This document shows, in pieces, positions 60,468 to 64,000 of a DNA stretch of 64,000 bases. The DNA lies in contig CBDCWC010000002.1 of the NCBI GenBank assembly GCA_965223295.1, forward strand, positions 800,001 through 864,000, written 5' to 3'. A program made the translations under genes and the position numbers. Below the pieces are notes generated by a model, which saw only the letters and a program-made list of their open reading frames with translations, had not been told where the DNA came from and made no database searches. Every line of letters begins with the position of its first letter. The stretch's first letter is position 1. Source of the stretch: Nitrospirales bacterium. GTDB taxonomy: Bacteria > Nitrospirota > Nitrospiria > Nitrospirales > UBA8639.

Positions 60468-61615
60468 TATTTTTCAATAGGTTGCGAAGACCTCTTCTCC
60501 CAATCCCAATCTGACAACCTACCGAGTGTAACCGTATTTGTAACCTTTTGCCTCGCAAAGAATTGATTCTGCTGTTCTGCCGCTCTCTTTAAGTCTGCTT
60601 CACTTGTAATGTTATAGCGGTCAAACACTGACCGCGTCTTATGTCCTGAAATTTTCATTGCCACCGTTTCAGGCACCCCGGCCCTTACCAAATTCCTAAC
60701 CCCTGTTCGCCGAAGGTCGTGAAAGGTTTTGCCTACTAGACCAACTCTCTCACAAGCCGCTTTCCACCCTTGCTGTAACTGAGAAAAGGATTTCCCATTA
60801 TGATGACACACATACGAACACTCTGGAAATTTCTGATCACGAAACTTTTTCGCTTCAACCAAAACATGATAAAGATCATCTGCCATAAAAATGACGCGAG
60901 GCGTTTTGGTTTTAGTTTGATTGGAGGATAATCTGATACATTGATCTTGAAAATCAACTTGATCCCACCTTAATCCATTTTCTCCGATAATTTCTCGAAG
61001 GCGCATTCCCGAATAGTAACCGATAGTCAATGGAATCTGGATATGAAATGGTGAAACCTCTCGCAGGGCAAGAAACTCTTCGTGAGTAAAGAAACCCTCT
61101 CGAACATTAGTTTCCGTCAATTTTGGGAAGTGGGGTAACCGCCCAACTTTTGCAGGAGTCTCACGAGATCCTAGAACCATCATCCGATGCAGACAATCCA
61201 ATTCCCTATTGATCGTGGCATTCGCCGCTCCTTCCTTTAATCGCATCGAGATGTACACCCCCAACTTCTCACTTGAGATGGCACAGATACGAATCCCTCC
61301 AAAACTCTTACGTAGATGCTTGATGTGTTCTACACGCCTTCCCCAGGTTTTCCTCCCCTTCAATTCATATTCTTGTTGAAGCAGTAGGACCAAATCCTCA
61401 AAGCGCGTTCTATTGACCACTGGCCCCTCTCGTTGCCCTTCGAGGACTTTGGCTTCTGCCTTGCGCAAGACAGCTTTAGCCTCTCGCTTCTCATACTTTC
61501 TGGTACTCTGGGCGACAGGATGTCCGTTATCATAATACTTCATCCACCAAGGCCCGGTTTCTATCCGCTCTCCCGTCTTGGGGTCCGTTTTCTTGCGACG
61601 ATATAACATGCCCAT
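60389..61615 (-). CDS. int: Tyrosine integrase; 3' end overlaps tRNA-Ser antisense
   Basis: NATINREL, SGMRLREI, TKTK, FHDLRRT.VRNL, SGHKT.SVF.RYNI. Confidence 0.93.
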   Translation of the reverse strand: MGMLYRRKKTDPKTGERIETGPWWMKYYDNGHPVAQSTRKYEKREAKAVLRKAEAKVLEGQREGPVVNRTRFEDLVLLLQQEYELKGRKTWGRRVEHIKHLRKSFGGIRICAISSEKLGVYISMRLKEGAANATINRELDCLHRMMVLGSRETPAKVGRLPHFPKLTETNVREGFFTHEEFLALREVSPFHIQIPLTIGYYSGMRLREIIGENGLRWDQVDFQDQCIRLSSNQTKTKTPRVIFMADDLYHVLVEAKKFRDQKFPECSYVCHHNGKSFSQLQQGWKAACERVGLVGKTFHDLRRTGVRNLVRAGVPETVAMKISGHKTRSVFDRYNITSEADLKRAAEQQNQFFARQKVTNTVTLGRLSDWDWEKRSSQPIEKYGGGGGIRTHGGLHHAGFQDRSIRPL

Positions 61616-61631
61616 ATCCTCTGCCCTTTCC

Positions 61632-61859
61632 TTATGAATCCAGCAAATCCTTCATCGGTACCTTAAGTGCCTCCGCCAGTTTCTTCAAGGTTGAAAGTCT
61701 CGGATCAAACACGCCCGTTTCAATGCGGGCGATCGTAATATGTCCCACATCTGCTAGTTGAGCCAAGGCTCGTTGAGACAGGCCCTGCTGCTTGCGAATG
61801 TGAGTGAGTCGAGTCAACATGCTATCATTTAAGATAGCAACATTTCTCAGCCTTATCAA
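61632..61859 (-). CDS. XRE-family HTH regulator
   Basis: IRKQQGLSQRALA.LA.V...TIARIETG..DPRLSTL.KLA.AL. Confidence 0.88.
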   Translation of the reverse strand: MIRLRNVAILNDSMLTRLTHIRKQQGLSQRALAQLADVGHITIARIETGVFDPRLSTLKKLAEALKVPMKDLLDS

Positions 61860-61862
61860 GGG

Positions 61863-62081
61863 TTAATTGGTCTCCGTAATTTTATTGTGGTCGATAAAGC
61901 TATCCATATCTCGTACATCCAGATGAACCCGTTTCCCAACCCGGACAGCCGGAATATCCCCACTCCAGATCAAGTGCCGAACAGACCACACTGAACGGCC
62001 AAGATAGATGCCCGCCTCAGGAATGGTATACAAGCGCTTAGAAATGGGGTCATTGCGTGTCATGATCTTATCCGAATTCAA
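61863..62081 (-). CDS. Excisionase-like HTH_17 protein
   Basis: LYTIPEA..YLGRS..SVR.LI.SG.IPAVRVG.RV......D.FI. Confidence 0.85.
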   Translation of the reverse strand: MNSDKIMTRNDPISKRLYTIPEAGIYLGRSVWSVRHLIWSGDIPAVRVGKRVHLDVRDMDSFIDHNKITETN

Positions 62082-62224
62082 TTAGGTATCTGCTCATGCT
62101 CAGTTATTAGGGGACTCCTCCCATACCTTTCACTGGCCAATCACTGAAGGGCTGAGGTCCCTCCTCCTGTAGGTCGTCGATCGTTCATAGTCTGAATCTT
62201 CTGTAGAATCGAGAGTGTTGCGTA

Positions 62225-62365
62225 CCTCACAACTTCACAAGGTTCACAGGGTAATTCTATTTCTTTCTTCTTTCTTATATTCTTTTCCTTCCCTTTTATT
62301 GTGAAGAAGAGAAGAAAAAGAATAAAAAGAGAGAAATACCCTGTGAACCTTGTTAACCCTGTGAG
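62225..62365. repeat. Iteron/inverted-repeat structure, putative replication origin of the element
   Basis: 17-bp perfect IR ACAAGGTTCACAGGGTA (62237-62253) / TACCCTGTGAACCTTGT (62337-62353); about 9-bp-periodic TCACA/TGTGA units flank an AT-rich pyrimidine-then-purine spacer. Confidence 0.75.
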
Positions 62366-63675
62366 TTGCCTTCCAAATGTATCCCCAACAAGACGCGCTG
62401 GGTTTTACCATCAATTTCACGCTGCACTTCCTGCCAGTTTGGCGTCCAGGCTTTGGCCCGTTTCCAAAACGCTACGTTGGGCAGTGGTGTCTGGCCGTGC
62501 TGTTCGGCAAACAATTCATACGCCTCATACACCTCCGTCTTACGGACCATCCCCTGGGGATCAGGCCGGAGCGCGGTCGAGAGAAATTCCGCAATGGGAT
62601 CAACGTCGTTTTGATAGTCCCGTAAGGCGGCGGTCATACTTGGAGAGACCGTAAACCCCCTCTGTCGGAGTGGGCCCCATACTTCAAGCACTTTATTCAA
62701 TAACCCACTCAATTCCTTCGGATCATGCAACTGTCGATCAAGTGCAGTTCGAGACAGTTCCCTGCCTGTCCCTCGGAACGTCCGCTGAAAGGGCGCCACG
62801 AGCCAGCGGTCCCAGAAGGCCGGCGAACTATCTCGCGTGCGCGGTAAGTGATTTGTGGAAAAGATCAAGCGTGAATAGGGGGTAAACTCAAAGGCTGGGC
62901 AAAATTTATTCTCTCCGACCAAGCGATCTTCCCCCGTAATGGCTTTGAAAATTGAAGTCCCTGCCAAACAATCCGTCGGAAGATCAGGACAGATGTTGGC
63001 TAATTTTCCATATAGCCGAGCCGAGGCAAATCGGTTCTTTTCTAAGTCATGGAGACTCATTCCCGTCACATTGTCTTTCCCGACAAATCGAATTAGCAGA
63101 GACAGAAAGGTACTTTTTCCATTCCCACCAGCTCCATATAAGGCAATGGCCTTTTGTAGGGACCGATCTGGAGTCACAATATCCGCGGCCATTTCATAAG
63201 CCAAGGAGGGATTATCTTGTGGAAACACGGATTGGATGAACGCATCAATCTTTGGACAGATCGCGGAAGGATCGAATACCACTGGAATTTGAATGGGGGA
63301 TAACCAGTCTGGGGAATGAGGAGAGAATTCTTTCGTGTCTAGATGGAGCAGGCCATTGAGCACATTAATTTGATTTACCGGAGGACGTTCCCATAATTCT
63401 GGGGCATCAATGGCAAGATATTTCTCCACCTCATCTGTCCGATGGGAACTCCACTTCTCACTCCGGCCTCCCTGCTGTAAAGCCTTCTTTACCATCGATT
63501 TGATTTCCTTCTTGGCTTCGCGACGATAGGCTCCATCTTGATAGATATACAGATGCTCGGCGCTATCCGTCGCAAAGGAAGCCTGTTGCCTTAGAATTTC
63601 CGCGAGCGCTGCGGTGGAAATAGCTGTCGATGCATTGAAGGAGTTGTTCTCCAGAAAATTGTTTCGTATCGTCAT
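62353..63675 (-). CDS. P4/D5-family phage/plasmid primase-associated SF3 helicase
   Basis: IN.LNG.L.L.T..F.PHSP, CPK.D.F, GAGGNGKST, L.GKLAN, FKAITGED, STN.LP, RW...PF. Confidence 0.9.
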   Translation of the reverse strand: MTIRNNFLENNSFNASTAISTAALAEILRQQASFATDSAEHLYIYQDGAYRREAKKEIKSMVKKALQQGGRSEKWSSHRTDEVEKYLAIDAPELWERPPVNQINVLNGLLHLDTKEFSPHSPDWLSPIQIPVVFDPSAICPKIDAFIQSVFPQDNPSLAYEMAADIVTPDRSLQKAIALYGAGGNGKSTFLSLLIRFVGKDNVTGMSLHDLEKNRFASARLYGKLANICPDLPTDCLAGTSIFKAITGEDRLVGENKFCPAFEFTPYSRLIFSTNHLPRTRDSSPAFWDRWLVAPFQRTFRGTGRELSRTALDRQLHDPKELSGLLNKVLEVWGPLRQRGFTVSPSMTAALRDYQNDVDPIAEFLSTALRPDPQGMVRKTEVYEAYELFAEQHGQTPLPNVAFWKRAKAWTPNWQEVQREIDGKTQRVLLGIHLEGNSQG

Positions 63676-64000
63676 CGTGATGCTCCTTTCATGAGTGATG
63701 TGAGTGCATGAGGTGAACCGCCTTGGGACAAAAATCCCTGGGCTGGTTTGTTGTTTCGCTTCTTGTGGCCCTTCTCTGAATCCTTGTTCGCTCTCATAGA
63801 TGATTGGGGTCCTGTCGTAAAAAAATAGACAATTGATATCTTTCAGATAATCAGAAACTTCCTAAGAAAGCAAGACAAAACTCCTTTAAAATCAATAGTT
63901 TATGGGCATATAACTCACCAAAGACTTCCATACCCAAACAGCTAAGCCCATAGAAACTTGCAGGAATTTTGAGCTTGGTTAGATAAGAAATGAGGAGGAG

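Larger units (their letters stand above)
60468..64000 (-). mobile_element. Integrative satellite/PICI-like element at tRNA-Ser (extends beyond the window)
   Basis: int - XRE - xis - origin-like repeat - P4/D5-type helicase next to the tRNA 3' end. Confidence 0.8.

Noticed and set aside
1-64000. CRISPR array, rRNA, anti-phage defence systems
   Set aside because: No repeat-spacer array, rRNA-like sequence or recognisable defence genes seen

Overview
Bacterial chromosomal window, roughly 45% GC by eye. The housekeeping genes and exported-protein families resemble Nitrospirota (inference only). Bases 1-57305 look like one large, partly eroded accessory island of general-stress/envelope genes: 7 BON-domain genes or relics, 3 PRC-barrel proteins, 2 DUF1328, YqaE/Pmp3, YihY, a DUF3618/holin-like cluster, a ferritin-like protein, an unannotated metallothionein, a peroxiredoxin-like protein, TrkAH, zwf, gntK, a CheB-CheR fusion with two hybrid PAS kinases, and an ATP-grasp/7TM-transglutaminase/protease triad. 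The island ends at a tRNA-Pro(TGG) cut exactly after its anticodon loop. A short core block (rdgB, rph, serS, tRNA-Ser) follows, then the left end of a second, satellite-like integrative element (int, XRE, xis, iteron-like origin, P4/D5-type helicase). The main new signal is a fixed-spacing inverted repeat, RGACAW-N22-WTGTCY (GACA-N24-TGTC). I found 10 exact copies and 2 near-matches, all upstream of the predicted gene starts in the island, and most lie 25-26 bp before a -10-like hexamer. This suggests an undescribed activator-controlled stress regulon that includes its own signalling genes. Other notable items: a 13-aa peptide conserved between two unrelated divergent exported proteins despite heavy synonymous divergence, an IS3 element splitting a BON lipoprotein gene, and about ten pseudogenes.
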